Source: Octopus vulgaris (lineage: Eukaryota). Taken from it: a stretch of DNA of 64,000 nt. The DNA lies in the NCBI GenBank assembly GCA_951406725.2, contig OX597817.1, positions 47,740,001 to 47,804,000 of the forward strand, written 5' to 3'. The translations under genes were made by a program, and so were the position numbers. Below the pieces are notes generated by a model, which was given only the letters and a program-made list of their open reading frames with translations, ran no database searches and was not told the DNA's origin. Positions 25,201 to 38,108 of this stretch are shown one piece after another (positions within the stretch are counted from its first letter, which is position 1; each line of letters opens with the position of its first letter).

Positions 25201-26693
25201 AATTCTATATTTGCAGACAGGCATTTATTGCTACCTTTTATTTGAAAGCATTTGGCTCTACTGTATTAACTTAGCAGTAATAAAAGTTATATTTGTTAAA
25301 ACACGAAGACTACATCACCTGTACCTATTGGAGTGATGCCATGCATACCCGTTGTATATGTTCCTAATATTTTCTCACACTGAACAGCCTCTCCTACTAA
25401 ACACTTATCCAAAATGTCTGTCATGTTAGAGAAGAGAAGTGGTTAATAGTTCAAAATGAGATGCCATATCTTCATTGATAGGCAAAGATGCAGCTGTCTG
25501 GTTGCGAAGCCTTCTTCCCAAACATGTGGTCTCTGGTTCAGTCCCACTGCACAGCACCTTGGGCAAATATCTTCCACTGTGACTCCAGGCCAGCTAAGAC
25601 CTTGGATTTGGTCAATGGAAACTGAAAGAAGCCCTATACTAGCTGATAGTCGGCTTTTGTCCATTGTATGTGTATAATTCTATTTGTTATGTTTCGTTCG
25701 TCTGACAGTCGAAAGACCCTTTCTGTTATTTCCTTGTTTTAGTGTTTGTACATTCATTTGCCTTGCTCAAGGGCTTAATGCCCTCAGCTTAACCCCTTGG
25801 CCCAACTGGTTTCGAATAGTATCAGAGAGGATTGGGCAGGAGAGATCAAGTGATGAAGATGGTGTTCAGTGAACCCATACCAATGGATGGATAAGGGTCC
25901 AGAGAAGTTGTAGATAGGGAAATGAGAGGATTGTCAAGGTGTAGAAAGGGCAGCAGTATTGGAAAGATAGAGGGTTGCGTACTAAAAATAAGGGTAACCC
26001 AAAAGGGAGTGATAAGATCAGGATTATGATGTAATTGTATGTATGTATGGGTTGGGTGGGTGGGTGGGATTCCATACAGTTTCTTTCTACGAGGTATTGA
26101 TTGATCCTAGGTTCTAGTAGAAGACACTTGTCCAAGGTGCCATGCCGTAGGACTGAACCTAAGACCATGTGATTGAGAAGCAGACTTAACTGCACAGCAG
26201 CCATGCCTGCTCCTGTATTACTTTCTTCTTTTATTTGTCTTGGTCATTGGGATGTGACCATGCTGGAGCACTGCCTTGACAAGTTTTAGTTGAACAAATT
26301 GACCCCAGTACTTAAATTTGGTACTTATTCTATCAGTGTTCTTTTACTGAAGCACTAAGTTATAGGGCTGTAAACAAACCAACACCAGTTGTCATGTGAT
26401 GATGGTGGGGAGACACACACACACACACACAATCACACATAACAGACTTCCAACTGTTTCTTTCTATCAGATTTATTCACAAGGCATTGGTCAATTCAGA
26501 GTCATAGTAAGACATTTGTCCAAGGTACTGCGCAGTGGGACTGAACTTGAAACCATGTATTTGAAAAGCAGGTTTCGTAACCACATAGCCTTGCCTGCAC
26601 CATTGTGTCTATATTTTTTATTTAGTTTTTGTTATTAAATAAATGTACATTATTTACATTTGACGGATATTTGTCCTCATCTTGTTTGTTGTG

Positions 26694-26739
26694 AACACAA
26701 CATTTCGGCTGATATACCCTCCAGCCTTCATCAGGTGTC
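26694..26739 (-). ncRNA. Minimal type I hammerhead-like motif in a Penelope-like repeat
   Basis: gacac-CTGATGA-aggctg...cagcc-GAAA-tgt-t-gtgtt. Confidence 0.55.
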
Positions 26740-26997
26740 TTGCGAAAATTTTGAATCTGGGTTCTCATTCCTAAGGTATTTTTTGATGTTGTTATTATTA
26801 TAAGCCCTAAAATTCACTCCATAATTGCCCATGGGCATGTGGCATAATGGTTAAGAGCGCGATCTACGAACCCCAAGATTCCAAGTTTGATTCCAGGCAG
26901 TGATCTGAATAATAATGATAATAACTTCCTCAAATGTACATAATGTCCATAATTCCTCGTCTCTTAAATATAGAACTGTATTAAATAATTGTTTTAG

Positions 26998-27151
26998 GCC
27001 TTGAATAAAGACAATGCTGCCACCTCAGACTATTGCAAATGGAGTTTAATTCCTGAGTTTAAAGAAAATTGTTTCATTATGGAGTCATCTGCCCTTGTCC
27101 CTTTGATTGCAAATTCTGTTCAACTTGATCCACTTCTAAAGAAGAGATTCA
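26998..27151 (+). CDS. KNTC1: KNTC1 exon (ALNKDNAATSDYCKWSLIPEFKENCFIMESSALVPLI...KRF)
   Basis: tttag/gtaagt; resembles YEEWSYSDFFSEDGIVLES. Confidence 0.92.
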
Positions 27152-27319
27152 GTAAGTATTGTTTTATTTTCCCCAATATTCCAGTTTGATGTGTGGAATT
27201 TGAAATCAGAACATAACGGCTCACAAAATACTGCTAAGCATTTCGTCCGGCGCGCTAACGATTCTGCCAGCTTGCCGCCATAATGCTAATTATGCTAATT
27301 TTGTGTCTTTTCTTTACAG

Positions 27320-27552
27320 TTCCCCCTACACCTCCTACTAGTGACACTGAGTCCGCAGAGGCTGCTGATAATTATATGAAAGAGTACTACAGTAAGGTGC
27401 TACAAGAGTATACCAATACAATACCACCGTTAGTGGACTATCTCAAACTTAACCGCAACTTGGAACTTGTCTACCAATACTCTATGCATTCCTTCTTTAC
27501 TATTGTGGAATATTCCGTCTGCTACACTGCTGATGTCACGTTAATTAAGCAG
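27320..27552 (+). CDS. KNTC1: KNTC1 exon (PPTPPTSDTES...LVDYLKLNRNLELVYQY...LIKQ)
   Basis: ttacag/gtaaat; phases fit. Confidence 0.9.
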
Positions 27553-29155
27553 GTAAATTTCTCACATCATCATCATCATCGTTTAACGTCCGTTTTCCAT
27601 GCTAGCATGGGTTGGACAGTTCAACTGGGGTCTGGGAAGCCAGAAGGCTGCGCCAGGCCTAGTCTGATCTGGCAGTGTTTCTACAGCTGGATGCCCTTCC
27701 TAACGCCAACCACTCCGTGAGCGTAGTGGGTGCTTTTTACGTACCACCGGCACAGGTGCCAGACGAGGCTGGCAAACGGCCACGATCGGATGGTGCTTTT
27801 TATGTGCCACCAGCACGGGGGCCAGACGAGGCTGGCAACGGCCACAATCGGATGGTGCTTTTTATGTACCACCGGCACGGAGGCCAGTCGGGCGGCGCTG
27901 GCAATGGCCACGTTCGGATGGTTCTCTTACGTGTCACCGGCACTGGTATCACAGCTACAATTTCCATTGATAACAGAAAATGCTTTGACTTGTGTTTTTT
28001 GGGTTTTTTTACGCTGCTTCTTTGTTATTTTTCTTTTGTCTTGTTCCAGTCATTGGACTGCAACCATGCTGGGGCACCACCTTGAAGGGTTTTAGTCAAA
28101 TGAATCAACCCTAGTGCTATTCTAAGTCTGGCGTGTATTCTATTGGTCTCATTTGCTGGACTGCTGACTTCTGGGGATGTCAACAAACCAACACCGGTTT
28201 TCAAGTTAGGTGATGAACACGCATCATCATTGTTTAACATCCGCTTTCCATGCTGTCATGGTTTCTATGACTGGATGCCCTTTGTCACCCCAAACACTCT
28301 TTTACTTGTTTCAGTCATTTGACTGCGGCCACGCTGGAGCACCGCCTTTAGTCCATCAAATCAACCCTAGGACTTATTCTTTGTAAGCCTAGTACTTATT
28401 CTGTCGGTCTCTTTTGTCAAGCCACTAAGTTATAGGGATGTAAACACACCAGCATCGGTTGTCAAACGATATTGGGGGGACAAACACACACATATATATC
28501 TGGCCCCGTGCCGGTGGCACGTAAAAGCATCCACTACACTCTCGGAGTGGTTGGCATTAGGAAGGGCATCCAGCTGTAGAAACTCTGTCAGATCAAGATT
28601 GAAGCCTGTTGCAGCCATTTGGTTTGCCATTCCTCAGTCAAATCGTCCAACCCATGCTAGCATGGAAAGCGGACGTTAAATGATGATACAATGGGCTCCT
28701 TTCAGTTTCCGTCTACCAAATCCACTCACAAGTCTTTTGTTGGCCCGAGGCTATAGAAGACACTTGCCCAAGGTGCTACACAGTGGGACTGAACCCAGAA
28801 CCATGTGGTTGGTAAGCAAGCTTCTTACCACACAGCCACTCCTGCACCTATAAAGCGTATGGACATTATTATGTGGTGCCAGCACAGGAACTTTTTTACA
28901 TGACACTAGTATGGGTTCTTTTCTAAAGTTTTTTTTTTTTTTTTTTTTTTTTTTGTCTCATATTTAAAGTAATTGTGTGGCTAAGAAATGCACTGGGTTC
29001 GATTCGTTTTATAAACCTCTTTAAACCAGTGCCCCAGTATGGCCACAATCCAATGATTGAAAGACTGAAATGAGTAAAAGAGATCTAAGTACGAAAATCT
29101 TATTCTGTACAGAGAAAATAATAGCCATTAATATTTATTTATTGTCTGATTATAG

Positions 29156-29251
29156 GGGAGTCATGATATCAAAGACATAATGATAAAATATCTAAACCAA
29201 ATCAAAGGCACAAGTCAACATAAGGAATTGGTGATCCATCTCCTTCAGAAG
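29156..29251 (+). CDS. KNTC1: KNTC1 exon (GSHDIKDIMIKYLNQIKGTSQHKELVIHLLQK)
   Basis: tatag/gtaact; LLQK resembles LLHK. Confidence 0.88.
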
Positions 29252-29354
29252 GTAACTTTTCTTTCTTTTTTCTTATCTAAAATAATTTTAGTTTGTTCGT
29301 TTTCTTAAAACATTTTTACACTTCTTTTAAGCAAGTTCCATCTATATAAAGACT

Positions 29355-30022
29355 ATATAGTGCTACTGCATGCATATACAGCTGCATGCGTGTGCGCATA
29401 CATGCAAATAGTGTCCAAATCTCCAACCAATCACATACAGCTAGCTGGCATTCAATTAGCGTATCAAGATTCGGGCATTTTGATTGGGTTTTGGATAGAA
29501 AATTCACAAAGATCTTAAGTAAGGTGCTAAATTTGGATGTTTTCTGTTTAATACCGACCAGAGATACACTTGCTGTTGTTGTGGTTGTTAGGTTAATAGA
29601 CTTTTCGTAGTTTACCGTCGTCGTTATGATTGTTTCGATTTTAGAAACGCTATTGATGGAATGGTAAATGTTCTTCTTCTTCTTGCTGTTTATTTACCAT
29701 CTTTTTTTTTTTATATTTTACTACCTACTTTTGTGTTATTCTTGTGTTGATTACTATACATCATCATTGCAGTATATTGTTGTTGCTATTGATGCTTTCA
29801 TTGTTCAGCAGGAGGCAAAGGTACAGTTTGAAAGAATGATGCTGTCTATTGATCTTTTAATGGCTTTGCGGGGTGACTGGGGAAATGTGAAGATATGCAC
29901 GACCACCCTTGGACGGTTTTGAATGACCTTAGAAAGTGCGAGCCCTCTAACTGAAAAATTGTGGATTTGTATAAAGGACACACACACAGACAGACAGACA
30001 TTTTACCGTTTATATACATAGA
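29355..30022 (-). mobile_element. Helitron-like element copy with extra internal segment
   Basis: Reverse complement matches 21599-21950 except ~29511-29845. Confidence 0.65.
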
Positions 30023-31281
30023 AATAATCTTGACAGTAATCTTCCAATAATATGAACAGTAATCTTCATTATTCAGCATTCACTTTCCATGCTGGCATCA
30101 GTTTGACGGGATCCTGTGAGCTGCGGGGCCATGTCAAACTTCAGTGTCAGCACTGACATGGTTTCTAATGCCAACCACTTCACAGTGGATACTGAGTGTT
30201 CATCTTCGTGCCACCAGCACTCGTGAGGTTAAGTAATTTGCAAGGCAAGAAAAAACATGAAAAAGACCCATCGACTATGGGGATGGGGGGCTTTATGACA
30301 GAGGAACAAACACGGGTATTTTGCTATAGGAGAGATATATGGTTTCCCTGCATTGTATAAGGGTGGATGGAAGTAACCGGGGGGGGAGGGAGATTGTAGT
30401 GATGGATTCCAGAGCGAATTTTCAAAGTACAAGAAGGTGAGCATAAGAGAAGATACAGTGGATCAGGGGTTGGGATAGTTCCATAAGAGTATGAAGGGAC
30501 AATAACAGATGGTGAGCGATTGGGGGTAGAGGTGACTAGTGAGTCATGAACAGGAGTGGAGGTACTGTTAATAGGAAATACCAGTATGGAGAGGGGTTTA
30601 GATGAGAGCGATAGCAGTATGTCATGGAGGATAGGTGAATGGTGATGATGATATGCAAGGTACAGCAGCAGTGGGAAAGATGATGTAGAATCTTGTATGG
30701 ACCATATTTTTCATTTTATGTCCACTGTTCTATGCTAGCATGGTTTGAATGAATATGTATTTAATTGAGATGTTGCCCTTCCTATCACTAACAGCACAAA
30801 TTTTTCAAGTAACAGATTTTTTTTTATCATTCCACTTCTTTTTGAATGTGCAGGGCCAGAGGATTATGATGACAACAAATGCCCTCATTTTTGCCTCACT
30901 GCTTTCATACAAATACAGAATATAAACCTACACACACATGACAGGCTTCTATATAGTTTCCATCTACCAATTCCACTTACTACAAGTTAATTATCTAGAT
31001 CCTTCGCTCCCCATGGAGCATTGGTCATCAACAACTTCACTGTTCTTGACTCAGGGCCTTGAGAGAAGGCGTTCCTCTCCCAGGTCTTGTTGGCAGTGAG
31101 AATGAACTGGAAATTACTGGGTTGTGAAGCCAACATTTTGATGCTTCTGTAATTTTGCCTTTTTTCTACATAGGGGTACTATCCCTACACAAACCCCTTT
31201 CTTACCTTTCAGAAGGGATGGTCCATTATTAGTCTCACTATATGCTGAGATGAATTTTAGTCAAATTAATTGATCCCAGTA

Positions 31282-31793
31282 CCATAAATCTTCGAGTATA
31301 GTCCGCCTTTGAGTATAATACGCAGGGGATTGGGGGGGGGGGGGTGTACCTCTGAAACACTTAAACCTTGTGTATAATACGCACTCCTTTTCTAACTTGA
31401 GTCGTTCATAATTAAGCCAGCAGCACCTAGTCGAACAAACACTTCCGCGCATGCGTAATACAATAATGGTGATGTTCTTAACTGTTATATGGGAATGTAA
31501 ATATGTTTGCAAATTGTTTTTGTTACATGTTATTCTGTGTTCTGAATACTTTTATTTTAATAAATGTTGCTTACTGCAAGTTATGGATGATTCTTTTATG
31601 ACTTCATTGCTTTCAGACTTAGCTTCAGGTATTTTCGCACCCGACATCACAAAATGCGTCTGAATAAACATTGCCGGACAGCAAATAGAGACTCAGACAT
31701 TGCTTAGAAAATAGTTTACATTTTTAACCTCGTATATAGTACGCACGAGGGATTTGGGGGAAAAAAATGCAGATTATACTCGAGGATTTACGG
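31282..31793. mobile_element. Tc1/mariner-superfamily (pogo-like) MITE
   Basis: TA flanks; TIR CCATAAATCTTCGAGTATA / TATACTCGAGGATTTACGG; inverted second copy at 63581-64000. Confidence 0.75.
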
Positions 31794-32471
31794 TACTTAA
31801 GATGTTTTTAAGCCTGGTATTTATTCTATCAGTCTCTTTTGCCAAACCACTAAGTTACAAGTATGTAAACACAACACCCATTATCAAGCTGTTGTTGGGG
31901 ACAAACACATGCACACATATGTGATGGGCTTCTTTCAGTTTCCTTTTAACACATCCACTCACAAGACTTTGGTCAGCCTGAGGCTAGAGTAGAAGACACT
32001 TGCCCAAAGTGTCATGCAATAGGACTGAACCCAGAACCATGTGGTTGAGAAGCAGACCTTTTACTACAGAGCCATGCCTGCACCTATTCATATTATTATT
32101 ACTTGAATATAGGTGCAGGCTTGGTGGTGTGGTAAGACGCTCTGCTTCCCGACCACATGGTTCCAGGTTTCAGTCCCACTGCATGGCACCATGGGCAAGT
32201 CCCTCCTATTTTAGCCTTAGGCCGATCAAGGCCTTGCGAGTGTCTTTGTGTCCCTCACCACTTATTGACAACCGGTGTTGGTGTGTTTACATCCCCATAA
32301 CTTAATGGTTCTGCAAAAGGAACAGATAGAATAAGTACTAAGCTTCAAAAAAAAAAAAAAAAAGTCGACTAAAATTCTTCAAGGCAGTGCCCCAGCATGG
32401 CCATAGCCATATGACTGAATCAAGTAAAAGGTAAAAGATATTTATCATCTCTGTTCCCCTCTTACCAACAG

Positions 32472-32591
32472 GTGTTCAGCCAACGTAATGTGGACCACAG
32501 GTACGCTCTTGGTTTGGCCTGGAGTCTCCCGAAGAATATTTTGAGTGTTTTGAAGAAAATGCGAAAAGACTTCAATTACCGAGGACAAATG
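32472..32591 (+). CDS. KNTC1: KNTC1 exon (VFSQRNVDHRYALGLAWSLPK...NYRGQM)
   Basis: aacag/gtgagg; resembles VFNCRLVDLDLALGY. Confidence 0.93.
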
Positions 32592-33286
32592 GTGAGGAAT
32601 TATTGTTTGTTTTTGTGAGTTCAAAGATCTTATCAGTTAGACTTGATGTCTTCTTGTAAGGAAAAACTCGAAGGATTGTTGGTTTAATCCTTCAACATGT
32701 CAAAATGTAATACTTATTTATTCACGCAGTTTTGAATTGATCCTGCTCTGAAATTTCAATGATGTAATTGTTTATTTTCAGAATAACACGGTAAGGCATG
32801 TGTGAGTGGCCAGATCCGACCAGTTTGAACATAAATCAGTGAAAATATTTGGGCCAGATACAACCTGTTTAAATGCTTATAGATTCTCTCTCTCTTTCTT
32901 ATATATATATATATATATATATATATGCCAGCACCGCCCCGACTGGCTTCTGTGCAGGTGGCACATAAAAAGCACCAACTGACCATGGCCGATGCCAGAC
33001 CCCTCTGGCACCTGTGCAGGTGGCACGTAAAAAGCACCCACTACACTCGCGGAGTGGTTGGCGTTAGGAAGGGCATCCAGCTGTAGAAACACTGCCAGAC
33101 CAGACTGGAGCCTGGGGCAGCCCTGGCTCCCCAGACCCCGGTCGAAACCGTCCAACCCGTGCTAGCGCGGAAAACGGACGTTAAACGATGATGATGATAG
33201 ATATATATATAGAGGGAGAGAGAGACTATTCTAATATTAGTTCTAAATCTCAATGAGAAACATGCAGTAACAGTACCATAAAATTT

Positions 33287-33550
33287 ATTTGCCAACTTAA
33301 AGTGACAGTCCTGGTTAGGACAAATGTTACTGCTATTTAGCCCCAGGAAGATATCTTCTCCGGCTGGCTATCGGCGCACTAATTGCATCCTTATATTTTC
33401 AAATAAGGGAGGTAGTATCCCCTAGTTCCCTTGTTCGAAAATATAAGGATGCATTTAATGTGTCGATAGCCAGCTGAAGAAGATATTTTCCTGAGGATGA
33501 ATAACAGTAACATTTGTCATAACCAGGACTGCTATTTTAAGTAGGCAAAT
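33287..33550. mobile_element. Fully palindromic (foldback) MITE
   Basis: ~125-bp imperfect inverted arms ATTTGCC...GGCAAAT around a short loop. Confidence 0.7.
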
Positions 33551-34483
33551 TTACTTTACTATATGTATGTATAAATATATTGTTGGAATTTACAGAAAAA
33601 CAAAAGACGAAGACAGGTGTATGATCAACAAACAGGTGTATTAGTTTAACGCTTGGGAAGGTGAAAAGGTATTTTATGTTTCAAGCCTACACTTTTCAAC
33701 AGAAAAGCACACAAGAAAATAAACAGATAGAGAATAAAAATAAGCTTTAGCGGCTAGCAGTCAATCATGGCAGCTGGCTGGGCAGAAGTGCTTAGACAAG
33801 AGAGCTAGGAAGAAGGGGAGATAATAAAGTATTGGTGATCCCAAAACGAAGGTGTGTGTGGATGGTGAGGCTGGTGACCTTGATGTATGGGTGATGGGAA
33901 GTGGTCAGTATATATACATATGTGTGTATATCATCATCATCTAACGTCCGGTTTCCATGCTGGCATGGGTTGGGCGGTTCGACTGGGGTCTGGGAAGCCA
34001 AGAGGCTGCACCAGACGCCAATCTTGAGTGACTTAAACTTAAGTTTGATTTAATCTAACTTGATAGTTTTCCCTTTGTGCTTTTTACATTCATAAACATT
34101 ACTTTCTCACCAAGCAAGTAAGACCTATGTTGTCGAATGAGTCATAAATGGATTGGCAGAGGGTGACATCAGTCTTTGTAGAGTATGTATTTAGTGGAGG
34201 CACATGGCTTAGTGGTTAAGGTGTTAAACTCATGATTGTAACATTGTGGTTTCGATTCCTGGACTAGGCAATATGCTGTGTTCTTCACCAAAGAACTTTA
34301 TTTCACATAGCTCCTGTCATTCAATTTGTGAAAATGAAGATTCCTCCCTGGAAGGGATGCTGGCCCCTTCCAGGAAAGAATATATATGCCAGAGAAACTG
34401 GGAAACCAGCCCATTTGCTCCTTAGAAAGTAATATGTACTAACCATGTGTTTTTTTCTTCTTTTTTTTAAATTCATTTCACAG

Positions 34484-34600
34484 GCCATGGCTAAAGTAGG
34501 AAATGCTTTGGCTGTCCTTCACAAAGAACATGATGAGATTGCAAAGTGTACAGAACTTGAAACCAGTGCGTACTGGGGGTATCAGCTTGGAAAATACAAG
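34484..34600 (+). CDS. KNTC1: KNTC1 exon (AMAKVGNALAVLHKEHDEIAKCTELETSAYWGYQLGKYK)
   Basis: cacag/gtatgg; resembles AQWGIRLGK. Confidence 0.93.
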
Positions 34601-34733
34601 GTATGGTATGATTAATTATACTGGAGTCTGTTAAATCAACTAAGCCTCTATTACCTATGAATCTGTCTGTGGCCTTGTGTCACTTTGAGTTATACTACAA
34701 AGTAATTGCTGGTAGAGACATTATTTCATTATG

Positions 34734-35137
34734 CGGATCTTTTCGGTTTGAACGGCAGTTTTTTCTAGCGGTGTCATATGAAATTGTCACCCATAATTAT
34801 GACCCTAGTATCGATCTATTGCATTTCAATCTGTTTTAGGATTAGGGGTGGAGGGAAGGGTATCTTTTTTTCTTCAGAAATGTAAATAAACCCAATCTGT
34901 TTCTTAAACGAGGGACATATTCATACGGCACAGAATGCTTTTTAACTCAATAGATGTCATTGATTGGTTGAAATTGCAGAAATTGAAGAAGCAAAACAGC
35001 AGATATCTTACAAACTATAGAATTTTCTTATTAAAGCCAAGAGAAAAAGATGTTTTATAAACAGTATACAAAGTTTAAAAGAGTTTAGTTACGTGGAAAT
35101 TATTTTTAAAAACTGCTGTTCAAACCGAAAAGATCCC
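34734..35137. mobile_element. MITE with ~28-bp TIRs, superfamily unassigned
   Basis: GGATCTTTTCGGTTTGAACGGCAGTTTTT / AAAAACTGCTGTTCAAACCGAAAAGATCC; flanks ATTATG/ATTATA. Confidence 0.75.
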
Positions 35138-35748
35138 ATTATACAACCATAATATACCTTCAAGTATATTAAAGGCATATAACTCAATACCGTGTCTTAC
35201 CTGTGTTAGTAGTGCAATACAATCATTGTTGATAGTATATTATGGTTGTATAACAAAATGCAGAGTCCCTACCAGCCATTAATATGTATGTACCAGTTGC
35301 CAGAAATCCTCATCATCATTCAACATCTGTTGTCCATGCTGGCATGGGTTGGACGGTTTGACCAAGGCTGGTAAGCTGAGGGGCTACATCAGATTCCAGT
35401 CTGATTTGGCATGATTTCTACAGCTGGATGCCCTTCCTAACGCCAACCACTCCGAGACTAATGGGTGCCATTTGCATGACACCAGTATCGGCTACAACTG
35501 CGATTTTACTTGATTTGATGGGTCTTCCTCTCAAACATGATATAATGCCAAGGTCCCAGTCATCCGTCATTGCCTCCGCGAGGCACATCCAGTTTTGTTA
35601 CAACACTAAATTTAGTGGCTATTTCAGCAATGAGTTTGTGGATGGTTAATGGATTGGATGCAGTGCCAAAGAAGGAGCAAGAACTCCTTGAAATCTCCAT
35701 ATATGCCCATCACCTATTTTTTTTAGCTTCGATTGCATTGTTTACATA

Positions 35749-35790
<42 letters not shown>

Positions 35791-36012
35791 CTCTCTCTTT
35801 TTACTTGTTTCAGTCATTTGACTGTGGCCATGCTGGAGCACCGCCTTTAGTTAAGCAAATCGACCCTGGGTCTTACTCTTTGTAAGCCTAGTAATTATTC
35901 TATCGGCCTCTTTTGCCGAACCGCTAAGTTACGGGGATGTAAACACACCAGCATCGGTTGTCAAGCGATGTTGGGGGGACAAACACAGACACACAAGCAT
36001 ATACACACATGT

Positions 36013-36048
<36 letters not shown>

Positions 36049-36131
36049 GCATATATACGATGGGCTTCTTTCAGTTTCCGTCTACCAAATCCACTAACAA
36101 GGCTTTGATCGGCCCGAGGCTATAGTAGAAG

Positions 36132-36558
36132 TATCAGCTGTCCAAGCTAGATTTTCATGTGCTCAGAGAAAAAAAAAAAAAAAAAACTTGACCACTTCGG
36201 CATTTTTTGCTTCCCCTTTCGTGTCGTCACTTTTTGAAGTTATCTCCTGAGATTTTCTATAAGAATTAGGGGCCAGCACTGAAAATTATGACGTGCCACG
36301 CAGTGGGACTGAACCCAGAACCATGAGGTTGGTAAGTAAGCTACTTACCACACTGCCACTCCTGCGCCTAGTCATATTCATATAAGAAATGTCATAATTT
36401 TCAGTGCTGGCCCCTAATTCTTATAGAAAATCTCAGGAGATAACTTCAAAAAGTGACGACACGAAAGGGGAAGCAAAAAATGCCGAAGTGGTCAAGTTTT
36501 TTTTTTTTTTTTTTTTTTTTTTCTCGAGCACATGAAAATCTAGCTTGGACAGCTGATA
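36132..36558. repeat. Near-perfect ~160-bp inverted duplication (36132-36292 vs 36391-36558)
   Basis: Direct reverse-complement comparison. Confidence 0.9.
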
Positions 36559-37078
36559 GTACTTAAGCCCTTCAGTCTCTGTGGAGTATTGTTCCCATCT
36601 GCTGTGACCATGTGGCTTGGGGGTCAACTAACACAAGCCATCGACCCACCCAGAGGACAAAGTAAGCAGGGTGTAACTTGGATAATCAGGCAACATGGTC
36701 AAAAGGTCTGAGCTGGCTCCCACAAATCATACACCAGGATGCATCCCAGTTTCTGAAGGGAATCGTTGGTTGGATACCAAATCTGACCAATGATAACCTA
36801 TGATCTTACAAAGCATCCTGGTTCCAAATGTGTTCGGGCCCCCACACCAGAGTATACTGCAATCAGTGCACTGTCTTGAGTGACTGCATTTAAGCTGGTG
36901 TTATCCAGGTATGCCAAGACAGAACTAACAAGCAAGATTTGGTCTCTTCCCCCATCCTAACCCACCATGCATGGGAAGGCAGCAGATGTAAATAAGAACT
37001 GAATTAGATTACGAAGACTCAGTCAACCCCTGTTAGCATGGAAAGCAGATGATGACTATCTTTATGTTTTGATTTCAG

Positions 37079-37188
37079 ATATGTTTCAAAGATGCGTTCC
37101 ATGGCCCACTAAATGAGAAATACAAAGTTCTACAGCAAATGGTAGGCTGCAGTGCCATTGATACTGAAGTCATCAAAAAGTTCTGCAA
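37079..37188 (+). CDS. KNTC1: KNTC1 exon (ICFKDAFHGPLNEKYKVLQQMVGCSAIDTEVIKKFC)
   Basis: ttcag/gtgagt; phases fit. Confidence 0.9.
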
Positions 37189-37525
37189 GTGAGTTTACCA
37201 TTTACAATTTCTTTGCAATCATGCATACGTACAATTTCATTATATATATATATATATATATTGCTGACCAAAGCCTTGTGAGTGAATTTGGAAGATGGAA
37301 ACTGACAGAAGCCTGTCGTGTGTGTGTGTGTATATATATACACACACGTGTGTGTATATAGGGCATCCAGCTGTAGAAATATTGCCAGATCAAACTGGGC
37401 CTGGTGTAGCCTTCTGGCCTCCCAGACCCCAGTTGAACAGTCCAACCCATGCTAGCATTGAAAGCGGATGCTAAATGATGATGATGATAAATGGAGTTAA
37501 ACGCAGGTGTTATTCAAATTCTTTT

Positions 37526-37616
37526 ACTTCCGACACGTGTTTCAAAGATATCACTGATATTTATTCCAAAGGAATAGAAATGGTGTAAAACAATGTAATC
37601 TTCTCTTCAGGGAAGT
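37526..37616 (-). ncRNA. Type I hammerhead ribozyme motif, Penelope-type, near-intact
   Basis: acttcc-CTGAAGA-gaagat...atcttt-GAAA-cacgtg-TC-ggaagt; 6-bp stem I, palindromic stem III. Confidence 0.7.
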
Positions 37617-37909
37617 GAAAAAATGAAACTCGTCAATAGAAGTGATGTAAGTGATGTAAGTGGAGTAAAAATTAGGTAACTCATTTAACTGAGTTCAAAC
37701 CTGTTTTTTTTGTTTTAGAATACTAACATGACAGGATTTCAATGTTTAAACCATCATGGGTCTATTGGAAAGAACTGAAGATTCTTGAGTATGTGATAGG
37801 GTTTAGGGCCTTGATGGGGTTTAACAATGGGCAAAATACACACATCTATTTATATCCAGTTTTCCATCTATCAAATCCACTCATATATATACAATTTATT
37901 TCTTTTCAG

Positions 37910-38108
37910 AGATTTCGAAATTGAGGAAACTGATGGCTTGCTGTTGTCCTTGAAATATTTAATCAAGAACATTTCTGCCTCCTATACACAGTTGTCTACC
38001 TTCAGCGCTTCCCATCATCACCACCAGCTGACAAGAGTGCTTAAAATTATACGAAGCGTGAAATCAAAATCAAGACTTTTTAAAGAGCTGACACAATTGA
38101 TTAATTTG
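37910..38108 (+). CDS. KNTC1: KNTC1 exon (DFEIEETDGLLLSLKYLIKN...ELTQLINL)
   Basis: ttcag/gtcagt; phases fit. Confidence 0.88.

Noticed and set aside
27283-28095. Recurring MFLQLDALPNANHS... peptides as a gene family
   Set aside because: They are translations of SINE B copies; the first ORF also overlaps a real KNTC1 exon.
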